A DNA stretch of 55,679 nucleotides, filler included, from Jimgerdemannia flammicorona (Eukaryota): assembly GCA_003990765.1 (NCBI GenBank). It is 2 parts of 2 records of this genome, joined end to end, with 100 filler letters (N's around TTAATTAATTAA, not from the genome) between each part and the next. Parts side by side here need not be neighbours in the genome. Positions count along the whole stretch, not along the records: positions 1 to 27,796 come from RBNJ01000602.1; 1 more part is not named here. The stretch is one strand, 5' to 3'. Below the pieces are notes generated by a model. The model saw nothing but the letters and a program-made list of their open reading frames with translations. It made no database searches and was not told the origin of the DNA. This document shows positions 1 to 14,269 of the stretch, one piece after another. Each line of letters starts with the position of its first letter. Positions within the stretch are counted from its first letter, which is position 1. The position numbers and the translations under genes were made by a program.

Positions 1-144
1 TGTCTAAAATTTAGACAATGTCTAAGAAATTAGACAATGTCGAAATCGAGGACTGCTAACTATGATGCTATACTACTTTGGGAATGGGTGCGATCAAGTG
101 TCTATTCCCTATTTCCTTCTTCCAAATCTGACTATACCGTCACA
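1..144 (-). mobile_element. 5' end of an LTR of the dUTPase-gypsy family (rest lies left of the window)
   Basis: Reverse complement of the first 144 nt of the LTRs at 46897 and 53151; ends in ...CGTCACA (=TGTGACG); inserted in an X element at CTATAT. Confidence 0.95.
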
Positions 145-1560
145 CTATATAGGCTAAAACTCTCTCTTACCTCCTTTTCTTAAGTACTATACTTCTATTA
201 AATCTAAGCTAGCTATTATCTAGTAACTTGACTATACTAGATATAATAGAACTTATGTTAGCTTATATCTCATTCTGTATACTATACTCTTTCTACTATT
301 AGGGAGTAAGCAACTATATATCAATGATAAAGATATATATCTGAAACTCTAATATATATATAAGACTATATCTGAGTTAATTTATATAACCTCTATTATC
401 CTAAGTAGACTAATAAGTAAAGAAAAAAACTCTTTTAAAGTATAGAATAGTAGATAGAATCTGATTCTCTTTAATGAAATAAGTAGAGAACTTATATATA
501 AGATAGGAGGAAACTTTAATACTCTACCACTCAAGCCTGTAAGCCTTAATTATATTGTTATATCAACTCTTAGTTCTAGTTAAATATAGTTAAGATATCT
601 AACTCAGATAGCCTTAGGTTCTCTAACTATCTTCAATAACTAAGACCCAATTCTATATATTACTAAAAATAGCCAAAAGTAATACTTACTACCTAACTAC
701 TCTATATATATCAATAACTAAAAATATATATTCAAAATTCCAATATATATAAGATTATGTCTGAGCTAAATAGAATAGTCTCTACTACTTCAAATAGAGT
801 AACAGATAAAGAAAAACTCTTATTAAAGTACAGAATAGTAGATAGGATCTAATTCTCTCTAATGAGATAAGTAGAAAACTTATATATGAGATAAGAGAAG
901 ATCTCTAATATCTCACTACTCAAGTCTATAAGTCTTAATTATACATATTACTATATTAGCTCTCAGTTCTAGTTAAGTATAGCTAAAATATCTAATTTAA
1001 ATAACTTTGAGCTCTTTAACTATTCTTAATAACTAGAGCTTAATCTTATATATTACTAAAAGTAGCTAAGAGTGATATCTATCATCTAACTACCCTATAC
1101 TAATCAGAAGATCTCACCAATATAACATTTATCTTAGCTCTAATAATTATTACTAATCTAATATCTGATCAATCTACTATAATTATCCTTCTGCCTATCT
1201 ATAATAGCCATCTTCTCTCTCATCTTGATCTTATTAAAAAACAGTTATCTATACTCAAACTATACTCATTAAGAAGCTCACCAAAGCTTAGAGAACTCTA
1301 CTATAGATACTAAGAATCTGTAAGTAACCTATACTAATATTTAATATTCAAGATCAACTAACTTCCTATATAATCTATAATACTCTAAGATAATATCTTA
1401 TTAATGATAACAAAAGAAAAAAAGTACTATACCAAAATGAGAATACTCTAAATATGACCAAAGATATCAAAAACTATAAAAAAGTAGAGAAAGTACTAAT
1501 CTGATATTAATAAAGAGATAACTCATTACTATTACCTCCCTCTTACTATATTTTTACAGA

Positions 1561-2159
1561 TAGTGCTCTGAATGAGTTGATCTAAATTAGATTCAAATTA
1601 GATTCAAATTAACTCAGATAGAAAATAAGCCAATTTAAATTAATTTGTTTTGATTTTTAAAATTAGACAATAAAATATTTATATTAATAACTTGATATAT
1701 AATTATTTAATTTTAATAATCATAGTATTATTTAAAAGCTCTTAATAAGACCTTCCTAATGATACTAAGAATATTAAAATCAGATTATATATTATCAAGC
1801 TATTAAGAAAAATATTCTTTTGAATAAATTTTCAAAATTAGCAAATTGAATAATTTCTAAAATTAGTAAGTTAGACATTTTTCTTAATAACTTAACAATA
1901 TATAATTCAATTTCAATATTCTTGATATCATTAGAAAAGCCTTATCAAGAACTTTAAAATAATATTATAATTATCAAATTTAAATAATTATATTAAGTTA
2001 TTAATATAAATATTTAATTATCTAATTTTAGAAATTAAAATAATATTTTATTTAAATCAATCTAGATCAGCTTATTTTTTATCTAAGTTAATCTGGATGA
2101 AATTTAATTTAAATTAATCCAAATCCAATCTAGATTAAATTAACTTATTCAAAATACTA
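1561..2159. mobile_element. hAT-type MITE (palindromic), heavily mutated
   Basis: TIRs TAGTGCTCTGAATGAGTT / AACTTATTCAAAATACTA; degenerate 8-bp TSD TTTACAGA / CTTATAAG (differences are transitions); homologous to 45878-46417. Confidence 0.85.
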
Positions 2160-2229
2160 CTTATAAGTATAGTAAACCAATCTATTTTTTTTTTTTTTTT
2201 TTTTTATAGTCCCTTGGACCCTGTCTTTA

Positions 2230-5200
2230 TTACCAGTCTATGAATAAGTATACAATATCACCACCCACTAACCAATCCCCATCAGGGAGCCCCACCCCAC
2301 CTCTTCACATATAAAGACTACCCTCTTACTAACAACTCCAACTCTCCCACCACTCTGACCACAGATTTTCACCACCAAGCGGCACCTCCGACCCCCCTGC
2401 AGCCCCCAACCAAGCCACCAGCCTGTCAAGGTATTCTCCATAAGGAACTGCCACCTTGCTAACTGGCTCCCCAAGCTCTATCGCTTCTCCTCCTCAAATA
2501 CAAATAGCCAGTGACTGGCCAGCCCAACCCAAATAGCCAACGCCCAGCCTAGCGTAATCCACTCTTCCCCTACCCCTCCTATCAATCGATCCCTCAGGTC
2601 CTCCCACCTCTCCCGCACATCATCACCCCTACGCCTTACCCCTAAGCAGTCTCCAATGGCCTGCCAAAAGTCTCCCAACACCTCACACTCCCCTAGCCAA
2701 TATTCTGGCATCTGTACCAATCTCCCTTCCTGCCCTACATTATGGCACTCCTTGCAGTCAAAGCAGCTCCCGACAACAAGGTGTCCTGAGCGGAAGTTAA
2801 GCATCACATTCCTCCTCAGCACACGCCACCAGACTATCCAGTACTTCAGCGGCATCCAATTTTTCACTGCGGCACTCCAGGTCCAAACCCTATGCCAGTC
2901 CCACTCCTCACCAATTCCAACTCCTTGCCAACCACTAGGCCACAGATCCTGGCCTGGTCCCCTTTGGCATTTGATGCCATCACTAATGTTGAACTCCAGT
3001 AAAGGCATGCCTCCTAGAAGAATACTATCCTATCTCCACATCGCTGGGCCCCAAGCCCTCTCCCCCTCATCCCCTCGCCAGTAAATACCAATGTGGTGTG
3101 CCCCCTCAGCTATACCCCACCAGAAGCCTTTATATCTCAGTTGCACAGTATTCTGAAGCCCAACTAATGAAAGAAGATCACCAGTCAAGCCTCTAGGTGA
3201 TGTCCACCTCTCCCATATCTTCTGTAGCAAGGGGACCCAGCCCCCTCCATGCAACTCCACCGCCCTCCTCAGCCACCAAGCCCACAAGCAGTGTAGTCTT
3301 TTGGGGAAGTCCACCAGCCTAAGACCACCTCTTGCCACTGGTAGGGACAGAGTCTCCCAACCAATCTGACTCCGTCTGCCAGCCCAAATCCATCCCTTGG
3401 CCACCTTCACCAATCTCTTCACCACCCAGGCTGGGAAGTCCAGATGATAGGCCAAATACCACAGCTTCAGCAGCCAGTAAACATTCAAAATCAAGATCCT
3501 TCCTGCTAGAGAGAAGTGTTTACCCCCCCAACCCCACAGGTCCTCCTCCCAAATTTCAATCCTCTGCTCCCACCACAGTCTGGGCAAAACAGACCCATAG
3601 ACTGACAAATAGATGCCCAAGTACCGCACTGCCTCTCCGGTGGGGACAATTGTTCCAATAACTTCTCTACCCACCAAGCCATTGCCCAGCACCATTGTTT
3701 CACACTTATGCCAATTCAGCTTCACCCCAGAGTTCTCCTCATACCACTCCACTGTCTTCTGGAACTCCTCGACATCTGCAGTCACTCCCAAACCAACCAC
3801 CATATCATCCGCAAAGGCTCCAACCTTCCAGCCAACCCCATAGATAGAGAGCCCCACGATCCTCCGCTGAATCCTGTCCATGAGAGGTTCCAAGGAAAGA
3901 GCATACAAAATGGGGAACAGTGGGTCCCCCTGGGGCACTCCCCTACCCAGAGGGAATGCCACCCCTTGATACCCATTGCACATGAGCACAGCCCTACTCC
4001 TTTCCAGTAGGCTGACCATCGCTGACTGAAATGGGGCCAGAACTCCAATTCTATCTAATACTTTCGCCAGCCAGACTCGCCATACCCGGTCATAAGCCTT
4101 CTCCTGATCCAAGAAGACAAGATGCCCATCTAGTCCACAGGCTCGAGCACCTTTAATAACTCCATGTACCCAGGCTATGCCATCTCTAATGAGTCAACCC
4201 CCTATGAAGCCCCTCTGTTCAACACCCACAATTTGCTGGGCCACCTTCTGTAGCCTTGTGACCACCACCTTAGTCACCAACTTCCTGTCCATATCTAGTA
4301 ACATTATCGGCCGCCAGTTCTTCCAATCCTCTTGCCTTCCCTTGTTCTTATAAAGCAGTGTCACCAGCCCAAGATCTTGCTCCCCCACCCATCTCCCTGA
4401 CTGCAATATAGAGTCATATAGTGCTGTCAACTCCCCCAATATGCCCGGGACTCTAACCATTCGCTTCCAGAAGTCCCAGGGGAGACCATCCTCCCCAGGC
4501 GCCATACCCGAGGCTGTCGCGGCAAGAACCTGGTGGATCTCATCCTTCTTTACAGACATCACCAGGTCACCTAGTCCCTCAGCTTGTGGTGGGTGCCAAT
4601 CTTCTAATGTTTGGTCAATGGCTGTAGCATCTGCCCCACCCTCCTCCTCACTCCACAATCCACTCCATTATGCCTTCAGCATTCCAAGGATGTCCTGTAT
4701 ACCATGCACTAGTACATCATCTGAGTTAAGTACCCCTTCCTACCACTGCTGTACCCTTCTCACTCAAAGTGTCCTTGTGAGAAACTTGGAAGGCCTCTCC
4801 CCTTCCTCCACCCCCTGCCAATGAAGCTGTGCCACCAGGCCTTGCACCCTTGACTCTTCCTCTTCCCGCAGCACCTGTTGCAGTTCCCCAACCTCCATCC
4901 TCACCCTCATTATTCTCCAATCCTCTTCTCCCTCCACTGCTGCCAGTCTCGCCCACTCCTCCAGGAGCCTAGCCAATCTAGTAGAAGCCCAACGCACTTT
5001 CTGCCTTTGCTGCTTCCCAGCCACTCTGCCAACCTCACTCCAATACATCCTGGCCATCTCTTTCATCCTCATCCACTGAACCCCAATTGTGGCCCCTTCC
5101 TGCCACCAATTCACCACCTTCAGCTGAATATCTTTCGCCCACTCCTCCTACCAGGCCTCATCATTCAACAAGGAGGAATTCAGGTGCCAATGTCCAGGCC

Positions 5201-5924
5201 CATCTCTACTTCCCCCAAAATACCCCTGTCCCAAGAGGCCCCAGTGATCTGACCACGGACACCATTCTATCTCTATCACCTTCCAGACATTGTGGCCCCA
5301 ACAGTCAGCCATCAGAATCCAGTCAATCCTTGTCCCCAGACCTCCAGCCCAATGCGTATATACCCTCCTGTCCCCCCAGTGCTCCCTACCAGCATCCACC
5401 AGTACTCCTAGCCTTTCAACCTCCTCCCACGTCGCTAACCCCCCACTCCTGCTCTCCGCACCCCGTCTTCCATCAGTTCTATCCAGCTGTACATTCCGAA
5501 CCATATTGAAATCTCCTCCAAGCATATCCAACCCAGCTTCAGCAAGAATCCTACTCTCCAGGAGCCCCTTCACCCAATCCACACACTCCTCCCATATAGC
5601 AGGGCAGTAACAGGAGCCAACTGTGACTGGCTCCCAACCTGCTCGAATCCACTTACCCCAGACCAGTCTCTCTCCCCAGCTCCTCACATCCTTTATCTCC
5701 CCTCTGCCTTTCTGAACCAGAATCCCAACCTTGCTGTTCCAAATCGCCATACCACCCCATTTCTTAGTCTATTCCATCCTATCAGTATCATCCTCGCACC
5801 TGATATCCTGCAAGAGGAAGAGATCGGCCTCCAATCCCTTCAACCAAATAAAAATGTTCCTGTGTCTAACTATGCCCCTTAGCCCATTCACATTCAAAGA
5901 AAAAATGTTGGTTGTACTGTTCAT
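2230..5924 (-). pseudogene. LINE ORF2: APE endonuclease plus reverse transcriptase, with internal stops (3' end approximate)
   Basis: APE motifs IFSLNVNGL, LFLLQD, GGDFN, RIDWI, SDH; RT motifs APGEDGLP, NWRPIMLL, EQRGF, DQEKAYDRV, GVPQGDPL, AFADD, YLGI. Confidence 0.95.
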
Positions 5925-5943
5925 AATAAAATATGGTTTGTTC

Positions 5944-7985
5944 TCAATCAATCCCTACTGCTCCATGCCCCTCTCCTCCTGTGCCATGTCCAGATTATGT
6001 TCAGCCATCACCTCCTCCTCTTCAGCCCTCTGAGCCTCCAGTCCAGCCAACAGCTCATTCATCTCCTCATCAGCCTTCTCCTCAAACTCCTCTCGGTACT
6101 CAATGCAAGCCTCCTGCCAAAGCTACAACCCATGATGCCTGTTCCAACAGTACTCAACCTTCTCCCCAGCGACCACCGCCAACTCTGCCTCCCTCTCCTT
6201 ATCCACCTCATACCCTTCCTCCTCCAGATACACCATGAGAATTTCCGCCTTCAGTGCCATCGCCACTCCTTTCTCTTGCAAAATTCTCGTCTAGTGCTCG
6301 TCACCCATCCCATACAAGTCCACCTCCCCCAGCTCTTCTGCCACCAGGTTATTCATCATCCAGCACATCCAAAGTAGGTTCCCCACCTCCTTTCCACCAG
6401 GGGTCACTGGCCTCCCTCCATCCAGCATTGTGGTGTCCGCTCCCATACTTATATTCTCATCCCACACCTCCGGGACATCCACCAGTTCCTCCTCCCCTGC
6501 TGCCACTACTTGGTCCCCATCCAATGCCTCCGGAATACTGAATTTCACCTGCTGGGTCCCCAGCATCGTCACATCCTCCCCAGGCTTATTCCTGGAAGCC
6601 AGGCCATGCCTGATAAGAGGGGAAGGGGTGGGAGAGTTCTCCCAGACTTCATCCCAAACCTCCAAGATGCCATCAGCATATAGGTCACTAATCTTCACCT
6701 CCTTAGCCTTCTCTGACCCTGCCCCTTCGTTCCCACTCCTCTCACCAGCCCAGACACTCGCTCCGGCCCCTTCTGTATCTGTCTTCATACTCGTATCCTT
6801 CTGTGGTCCACCCCCCAGCTTAGCCAGCAGATCCTTCTGCCTCTTCTGCCTCTGAGCCCTTTCCCACTGCACCTTGTCCACTCGAATCCTCTTTCCATCC
6901 ATTACCTCCAGGAGCATTGACTCCTCGAAAGTCTTTCAGGCCTTAGCTCGCCGTTCCACAGCCCCATCCAGCTCCTCCAGCGCTTTCAATAAATCTTCCT
7001 CCTCTTCTTCACTTCCTTTCACTCACATCACCTTACACAGGAAAGTCCCCCAGACCAACACCGAAGGCCAGTCTCTTGTCTTCCCGGTAGCCTCTTTCCC
7101 AGCCAGCCAAATCCTCACATCCATATCCCTAGTTCTGAGTGTGGTCCCTTCCCAGACCCTGAATCTGATATCCACCACCTCTCCATACTCCGCCATGACA
7201 TCCTCCACTCTCTTCCTCGTCTCCATCACCGTCACCATGGGTACTCCTTTCACCAGCAGTTAGACCACCCTTGGATCCCATTTCAAACACCTCGCCATCG
7301 GAATACACACCTCCCCAACCACTAACCCAACCTTCAGTGCCTCCTCCAGTGGTTCCACCTTCTCAAATTCCACCTCCACCCCCTCCAGTCCCTTTAGAAA
7401 CTTCACCAAAGTCACTCCCGCCACCTGCTTAGCAATAAGCCCCAACACCATTTTTGCCATCACTGCTAAGCCCCAGAAGCACAGCATGACTGCGAACGCT
7501 GAGATCGACTTCTTGAGTAACGGAGCCACTGCCAGTCCCATTACACTATCTGCCAGGTCCCTGGGCCTCATGCCCTTCCCACTGCTTGGCTCATCATCAG
7601 CAGTCCCATCTAGATTTTTTTCCAGATCACCTGTCACACCCCCATCAGCAGTCCCCACCTCAGCCACTACCCCCCCAGCTCCACTCCTATGGCCCTCCAG
7701 AGAGGCACCCCCAAGAGGTTGCTGCCTGGAAGCTGCCATCAGTACCTTCCCCCCTCTCAGCCAGCTCTCCAGTCCAGCTCCCTGCCGACCCCTCTTCACC
7801 TTCTCCACAAAGCTCACCCTGCCAGACCCTTGACCTCCAGCTCTGCCCCCTCTTCCACCATGGCCCCCTGCCAGCAGGCCCCTCATACTTCCCCCCAAGC
7901 CGGGGCCTCTCCCTACTTGCTGCCATTCAAACGCTCCAGGGCCACCCTGCCTAGTATGCACCTCCGGATGCTCATTGGTCGCCAT
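5944..7985 (-). pseudogene. LINE ORF1 (RGG-rich N-terminus, RRM-like middle, coiled-coil C-terminus), broken by stops
   Basis: ORF pieces 7260-7985, 7023-7253 and 6291-6917 lie upstream of ORF2; same segments recur in the second copy at 31.2-33.25 kb; domain labels are inferred from composition. Confidence 0.8.
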
Positions 7986-8112
7986 GATACTAGTAGCTTT
8001 TCTCCAGAAACTATGTCAAAAGTGTTGCCAAAGGGTTGTGTAACCTGAATGTTACCGGAGAAAGATGCTGATAGTAAACCAATCTAAGGTAAAGAGGGTA
8101 AAAGTAGGAAAA

Positions 8113-9268
8113 CTTTTCTTTTTCTACTATCTTACTAGTCACAAGGTTTGATAGGCAATCTTCTGAGTTCCCTTCCCTCTATTATTACCCTCTTTACCTT
8201 AGATTGGTTTGCTATATCTATAAGAATATAGTAGAAGAGAGGCAATAGTAATGAATTACCTTTTTATCAGTATTAGATTAGTGTTTTCTCTACTTTTTCA
8301 CAGTTTCTAATATCTTTAGCTATGTCTGGAGTATACTTGTTTTAGTGTAGTACTTTCTTCCTTTTACTATTATCAATAAGATATCATCTAGAATATCATA
8401 AATTATATATAGAGTCAGCTAACCTTGGGTGTTAAGTGCTGGTATAATTATCTGCAAATCTTTAGTATCTGTAGTAGAGCTCTCTGAGCTTTAGTGAGCT
8501 TTTTAGTAAGCATAGTTCTGATATAGATAACTGCTTTTTGAGTAGAGTTGAGATGGAAGAGGAGATGGCTATCATAAATAAGAAAAAAGGTAATTATAGT
8601 AAATTAGTAGAATACTAGGCTGAGAGTAATCATCAGGGCTAGAGTAGATACTGTATCAGTGAGGTCTTCTGATTGGTGTAGGGCAGTTAGGTAGTAGGTA
8701 TCACTCTTGGTCTCTTTTAGTGATTCATGAGATTGGACCCTAATTGTTGGGAGGAATTGAGAGGCCCAAGGCTACTTATTTCAGATATCTTAGCTGTACT
8801 CAACTAGAACTAGTAATATAATTGAGACTTATAGGCTTAAGTAATAGGGTATTAGAAGTCTCCTCCTATCTCATATATAAGTTCTCTATTCATCTCATCT
8901 AGAAGAACTAGGCCCTACCCACTGTTCTATACTATAATAGAAATTTTTTCTTTATCTATTACTCTCTTTGAAGTAGCAGAAACTATACAAATCAACTCAG
9001 ATATAATCTTGTATATATATTGAAGTTTCAGACATATGTCTAAAGTATATATCTATTACTCTCTAATAGTAAGAAAAGCATAATATACAAAATAAGATAC
9101 AGACAACTCTACTTTACTATCTAATATAATCAAACTACTAAATAATAACTAATCTAAATTTAATAAAAATAAGTGATAAGAGAGAATTTCAACCTATATA
9201 ATCTAAATTCTCTTTTAATAAAATCCACAAAACTTCAGATCTATTAAAAAAAAAAAAAAAAAAAAAAA
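8113..9268 (+). mobile_element. Element X, full-length copy, plus strand
   Basis: Reverse complement of the 16253-17484 copy; polyA 9246-9268; TSD GTAAAAGTAGGAAAA (8098-8112) / GTAAAAGTAAAAAAA (9269-9283), differing by G>A. Confidence 0.85.
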
Positions 9269-9349
9269 GTAAAAGTAAAAAAAAGAGAACTCAGAAGTAG
9301 TGCTCTACAAACCTGATCTGATAAACCCAAAACCCAATCCATAAAACAA

Positions 9350-9680
9350 CTAACCTGGAATTAGACATCACCTGTCTTTAACCCAACCTAGAATTATACA
9401 TCATCTGTCTTTAACCCAACCCAGAATTATACATCACCCATCTTTAACCCAACTTAGAATTGTATATCACCTATCTTTAACCTGATCCAGAAAGATATAT
9501 TACCTATCTTTAACCTGACTCAGAATTAAATATAACCCATCTTTAACCCAATCTGAAAATATATGTCACCTGATCCATTATTTACCCTTAACCCAAACCT
9601 AAACCCAATCTCTGAACCCAATCCTGAACCTGATCCCTGAACCTAATCCTGAACCTGACCCTCTGAACTCTACTCTGAAA
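9350..9680. repeat. hAT subterminal array: ~7 x 33-bp units plus short AACCYRAYCC-type repeats
   Basis: Tandem unit approx AACCCAACCTAGAATTATACATCAYCTGTCTTT. Confidence 0.9.
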
Positions 9681-9769
9681 AAATGATTCAGATAATATTT
9701 GGATAATATTCAGAGTAATTAGAAGTGAAAAATATCTAAAGATCACTAAGAATCCAAATATATGTATAT

Positions 9770-11039
9770 ATGAATTATATTTACATACAAGCTGTTTCAA
9801 CATTTAGTCACTAGCTTACCAGCAATAGAAAAAATATATTCAGATGGAATAGATATTGCTGAAATAGCAAGATAATTGCAAGCTATTCATGAAAGATTAG
9901 GATATACCAACTGATTTCACTACCATCAATTCAGTATATCTATATAAGGATCAGCTAAATTCTCTGACAAATAACTAAAACAGTAAAAATTAACCAAGCT
10001 AACCAAAAAACATAAAAACAACACCCATTATTCAAGCTCATCATCCATATTGATATACTGTTTCTTCTTATATATTGAGTTGATAAAATCATCAGTATTA
10101 TGGGATATTGAGAGTATAATGATAGCATTAATAAGCTTATACTTCTTTTCTTAGATATGTTCTATCTGATTCTTCTATTCATCAATTAAGGATTTTTTTT
10201 ATTGCTTATAATAGAAATAACACATATTGATATATGAATCTAAGACTGAAGCTATACTATATAATGGTGTTATCTTGTAATAATACTTTAGAAGTTTTAT
10301 ATATATATTCTCAGTAGTGGTAAGTATTATCTATATAAAATAAAAAATAAATGAAAATATATATATATTACTTCTCAATTACTTACTAAATTAGTTCCTA
10401 AATTTATAAATAAAATTACTTTCAAAATCATATATATACTTGATTAAAATGTTCACCAGTTTGATATGTATTGATGACATCTTTGAGGTGATTATATAGC
10501 TGATTAAATAGTGGAATAACAGTCACTATTATAGGATACTTTGAAGCTGACATCATGGTTGTCACTTTGGCAAAAGGCTTAAGAAATTAGTAAATCAATT
10601 CAAATTATTACTATGCATCTTCAGATATATTGTTCATTTGCTTATCTATGATACATAATATATCTAAGCCCTATTTGGATATAATATCAATTTATTTAGT
10701 ACTAAAATACTTCCAAATCATATTCCAAAATCTATATAAATAGATTCAAAATATTATCTTATAAATCTCCAGAGTATGTACTAACATTTCATGTATAGAA
10801 CTCTATCTTATTATAATATCTAAGAGAGATTTCAAAATGGAAATTCTGGAGGATTCACAGACCTTCACCAGTTATACTTGTCATTGTGCTGAATTTTTGA
10901 TCTTTTTTATCAACTCCTATAGCTTTCCAATGGGCTCACTAAGAGAACCAAGAGCATTATGAATAACAATATTCAACATATATCCGAAACAGCATATATG
11001 AGTGAGCAGATAATGGAGATTCTCAAACAAAGTATCATT

Positions 11040-11104
<65 letters not shown>

Positions 11105-12546
11105 TTTAATGGACTCATGTCCCACAGATTTTTATTGGAAGGGAACCTAGACTATATAGGCCAAAACCCTCCCCCACCACCCACCAAGTACTGCCCCCCT
11201 ATTAACCTAGGCTAGCTATTGTCCAGCAGCTCAACCATGTCAGGCACAGCAGGGCTGATAAGCCCGCACCTCATTCTGCGCACCATGCTCTCTCTATCAC
11301 CAGGGGAAACCCAACCATATGCCAACGACTGAAAGCATATGCCTGAGAACCCAACATATGTACAAGGCCATGCCCAAGCCGAATAGAATAGCCCCTGCCA
11401 CCCCAAAGAGAATGACAGGTAAATAAAAACCCTCATCAAAGCACAACATGGTGGGTAGGGCCTGGTTCTCCCAGATGAGGTGAGTAAAGGACTTACATGT
11501 GAACAAAGTATCATTGTTACTAATATTATCACATACAATAGTAATGATTTGATTATTACTAGGTAATAAATCATCTATTACCAGCTCTAGACTTTTTGCA
11601 AGATTGATACCTATACATATATATTATTTTACTGATATTTACAAAGTCTAAGATAATATCATACCACTGTCAATCCAATAGGCTATTATTTCAAGAAAAG
11701 CATTAATATTAATGTCCAATATCTAACAATCAAGTATAAGTAATACCTTTGACTTAAGCCCTGCTAGTCTTGCTTTTACTTAAGTCTACAATAGTTCAAA
11801 TTCTTTTTGAATAACTCATGAAATTGTATCAGCTGATAGAAGGACCAGATCAGGGTATAATATGTGAAAGAGATATTTGAAGTCAGTATTTTTGATATTA
11901 GAGAATGGCTGATATCCAGTGACAATAAAGTTGGCAATTAACCAATAGAAATTTCCATCACTTAAAGTCTTGCTAGTATATTCTTATTTGTAATAATAAA
12001 ATTTGATGAATTATTTTTCTAATAACCTCCTAAGTACTTCCTGAATTCCATTTTATCCATACTCATAATATCTTTCTTAGACCAGCAAGAATTCTCAGCA
12101 TACTGGAGAGGTAAGAGTATGATATTATAATACTTCCAGAGATGTCATTTAAGATTATTAATATTACTGTCCTTCAATATATAGCTCCAAGTTATGTAAT
12201 AGTTATAACTGATGAGCTTACTTTGTAAATTCTATTTGAATAGAGAGATATGAGACTATATTAGAACCTCAATCACTTATAACTGACCACCCTTATGACC
12301 AACCATTCTTATAACTATGAGACCAACTACTCCTATGAATGTAACCATTAGTATAATATATAAAACTACCTTTGTGGCATGATTCCATACCCAGCTATTA
12401 TCAGGTTTTGTTTTTATTTTTATTTTTATGCTTGTTAGTAATAATGAACTGATGGAGATATCTAATATATTCTCTGATATATCCTCTGATATATCATTCA
12501 ATAGTTCTGAGATTTCTCCTAAATATACTTCTTGATCTTTAGACAT
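9770..12546 (-). pseudogene. hAT transposase, decayed
   Basis: BED-finger start SWVWNH (~12390); DNISNN (~11520); HICCFGYMLNIV (degenerate CxxH, ~10990); LDIIIR*SS..ML (DxxTRWNST); dimerisation domain YPNLS*IACNYLAISAISIPSEYIFSIAG (~9820-9910). Confidence 0.9.
11041..11501 (-). mobile_element. Element X, 5'-truncated copy inserted in the hAT transposase
   Basis: PolyT 11041-11103; perfect TSD AACAAAGTATCATTG at 11026-11040 and 11502-11516. Confidence 0.92.
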
Positions 12547-12888
12547 TTTGAAAAGTATTTGATAATGGCAGAAACTGGGAGCTTGAGTGAGAGACCAAGA
12601 GCTAGAAAGTAGCTAGGAAGTAGTGAGCTAGAGAGTGGCAAACTGAGAAATGAGCTGGAGGGGTAGTGAACTAGAGGGCAAAGAGTTGAGGAGAGGCAAT
12701 AAGCAGTGGAGAAAGCCAGGAACTGTAGGGTCTGGAACAGGAGTCAGCAAGCTGGAGGGTAGCAGTAAGATGGTGGTATAAGATATAATAGCCAATGATC
12801 AATTATGGATAGAAGATGGATGAATAAATACATATGGGTGGTGAACTAGTACCCATCACACAACTGCAAACAGCAAACATACTTTAGA

Positions 12889-13342
12889 GATTCAGCATAT
12901 TCTGCATAAGCCCTGATTGAGCATGGTTTACAATAATATTTAAGTGAGATTTGCAGCAAGGTTTAAGCAAGATTTGTAAGTAAGATTAAAGTGAGATTTG
13001 TAGTGAGGTTTGAGCAAGATTTATACATAAGATTAAAGTGAGATTTGTATAAGCCAGGCTTTGCAAGTCTTGTACTTATAAGCCTAGACAAGCTTAGTCA
13101 TAAGCTGATATACATAATATATATATAAGCTAATATCATGTGATATCAGCTATCAGCTGAACTTGTAAGTATAAGGTTTATAAAGTCTGACTTATGCAAA
13201 TCTCACTTTAATCTTACTTGCAAATCTTGCTCAAACCTTGCTACAAATCTCACTGCAAATCTCACTCAAATGTACTACAAATCTTGCTCAAATGTCATTG
13301 CAAACCTCACTTAATCAGGGCTTATACAGAACCTACTGAATC
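12889..13342. mobile_element. Fold-back (palindromic) MITE-like element with internal GAGATTTG/CAAATCTC repeats
   Basis: Ends GATTCAGCATATTCTGCATAAGCCCTGATT / AATCAGGGCTTATACAGAACCTACTGAATC; arms inverted over most of the length. Confidence 0.75.
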
Positions 13343-13343
13343 A

Positions 13344-13544
13344 TATAGAGAGGAGTGAAATATAGTGAGAAAAGCTTCAGATTGCAAGTGTAAGCATAAG
13401 CATAAGTGTAAGCTTTGCTCTGCTTAGTCTAACAAGCTAATAATAAAATATCAGCTATCAGCTGAGTAGAGCAAAGCTTGCACTTACACTTATACTTATG
13501 TTTGCAATCTAGAGCTTTTCTTACTGCATTCTACTCCTCTTGTA
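13344..13544. mobile_element. ~200 bp palindromic MITE with TA ends (Tc1/mariner-like)
   Basis: TA..AGAGGAGTGAAAT...AGAAAAGCT arm inverted as AGCTTTTCTT...CTACTCCTCTTGTA. Confidence 0.7.
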
Positions 13545-14269
13545 TTCTATTCTTCTTATATAACTTTCATATATTCCTCCACCTCCCTCACTCTTATTCC
13601 TCAGATTATAAATAATATATAATTTAGAAATAGGTTTTGAAAGAAATTTTGAAGAGATTTTGAAAGATTTCAAAGAGATTCTGAAAGAGCTTCTGAAAGA
13701 GATTTTGGAGAGATTCTGAAAGAGCTTCTAAAAGATATTATAGCTTTTGAATAATTAAAATATCAAAAGCTTACTTTTGCCTCTCATTCTTTTCATCTTG
13801 TCCTTTACTTCACCTCATTCTTTACTTTATCTTATTCTTTGCTTTGTCTTACTTAATTTACTACTATGTTGAGAAAACATAGATATGATCACCTGGCCAA
13901 TAAGTATTTACTTAGCCCCTCTTAAGCTTGATATACTTCAGCTTGCCATCCCAAAGCTTGGTACTCTAAAGATACCCAGCTTGCTAACATCCAGTCTGCC
14001 AAGCTTGCTGACACTCAGCCTGCTGAGCTTGCCAACACCCAGCCTGCTGAGCTTACCAACACTCAGGTTGCCAAGCTCACTGACTTCCAGCTCACTGACT
14101 CTCAGCTCCCTGATCTCCAGCTTGACTACCAGCTCACTGCCAGTCTAAAACACAAGGTCTCCTACCAGATTTCAATAATGTAGCTTAAAAAAGTTAGTTT
14201 TTTTTCTTTTTTTTCTTTTTAAATTAATGTCTGAATTTTTTTTCTAATAATATTCAAAATATATATATC

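Larger units (their letters stand above)
2185..8070 (-). mobile_element. Full-length L1/Tx1-like non-LTR retrotransposon (LINE), inactivated
   Basis: PolyT 2185-2205; perfect 16-bp TSD ATAGTAAACCAATCTA at 2169-2184 and 8071-8086; ORF1 plus APE-RT ORF2 fragments. Confidence 0.95.

Noticed and set aside
2656..8048. Many plus-strand Pro/Ser-rich ORFs (also at 28.4-33.2 kb)
   Set aside because: Antisense shadows of the G-rich LINE coding strand.
9350..9580. 33-bp repeats as a CRISPR array
   Set aside because: Tandem with no unique spacers, mirrored at the other end of the hAT element, eukaryotic context, no cas genes.
9585..9680. AACCCA/AACCTA runs as telomeric repeat
   Set aside because: Irregular 6/12-bp units inside the hAT subterminal region, consistent with eroded AACCCG motifs.
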